This document shows, piece by piece, positions 42,661-42,785 of a stretch of DNA of 42,785 nt. The stretch is from a virus. Position numbers and translations under genes: made by a program. Under the pieces are notes generated by a model. It saw nothing but the letters and a program-made list of their open reading frames with translations, did not search any database and had not been told where the DNA came from. Each line of letters begins with the position of its first letter. Within the stretch, counting starts at the first letter, position 1. The stretch lies in IMG/VR virus record IMGVR_UViG_3300030339_000091; one strand, written 5' to 3'.

Positions 42661-42785
42661 AAAATATTTTTTATTTGAAAATGCGTTTTTTAGTGTTATT
42701 TCTTTGTATTTCAATGTATTATGATTAAGAAAGTTTAACTTTGAAGATGTTTTGTTTTTTATTTGTGCTCTATAAATTCAGTGTA
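42659..42785. repeat. Terminal direct repeat copy 2 (identical to 1..127)
   Basis: Exact identity read directly. Confidence 0.95.

Overview
The window is a complete, circularly closed genome of a temperate tailed phage. Bases 1..127 are identical to 42659..42785, an assembly-type overlap, so the unique length is 42,658 bp. Nearly all genes are on the + strand; only the tyrosine integrase and a cI-like repressor are on the - strand. The modules I can read are listed below.

- **Accessory island (0.4-4.4 kb):** an ArdC-N-like protein, a DUF932-like protein, HicA/HicB, and small membrane proteins.
- **Virion and tail (4.5-20.6 kb):** a putative portal, a mosaic tail fibre, holin, M15 endolysin, a u-spanin-like lipoprotein, a 1367-aa tape measure, and a distal tail protein.
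- **Lysogeny switch (20.6-23.5 kb):** integrase, a putative attP, repressor, operators, a cro-like gene and a LuxR-type regulator.
- **Early and replication genes (23.7-28.7 kb):** a DnaC/IstB-like ATPase and a VirE-like P-loop protein.
- **Unusual cassette region (28.98-32.34 kb):** described below.
- **Head and packaging (34.5-41.9 kb):** a ClpP-like protease-scaffold, the major capsid protein, a PLD-like protein and the large terminase.
- **Non-coding region (~1.2 kb, across the circular junction):** AT-rich, with TTACTACC iterons and one GC-rich island.

A Bacteroidota host is an inference from TAnnTTTG -7 promoter boxes, FISUMP and BspA-LRR domains in the fibre, and the integrase type.

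The most interesting signal is at 28,983-32,340. Single-ORF units are separated by 84-130 nt imperfect palindromes that always start TAACG and end (G/A)TGTTA. The bases just outside each GTTA are the reverse complement of the bases just outside the next TAAC, on the far side of the ORF. This is the architecture of integron gene cassettes with attC sites (inverse core RYYYAAC, core GTTRRRY). It occurs here in a phage with no recognisable IntI. Novelty cannot be established without database searches.
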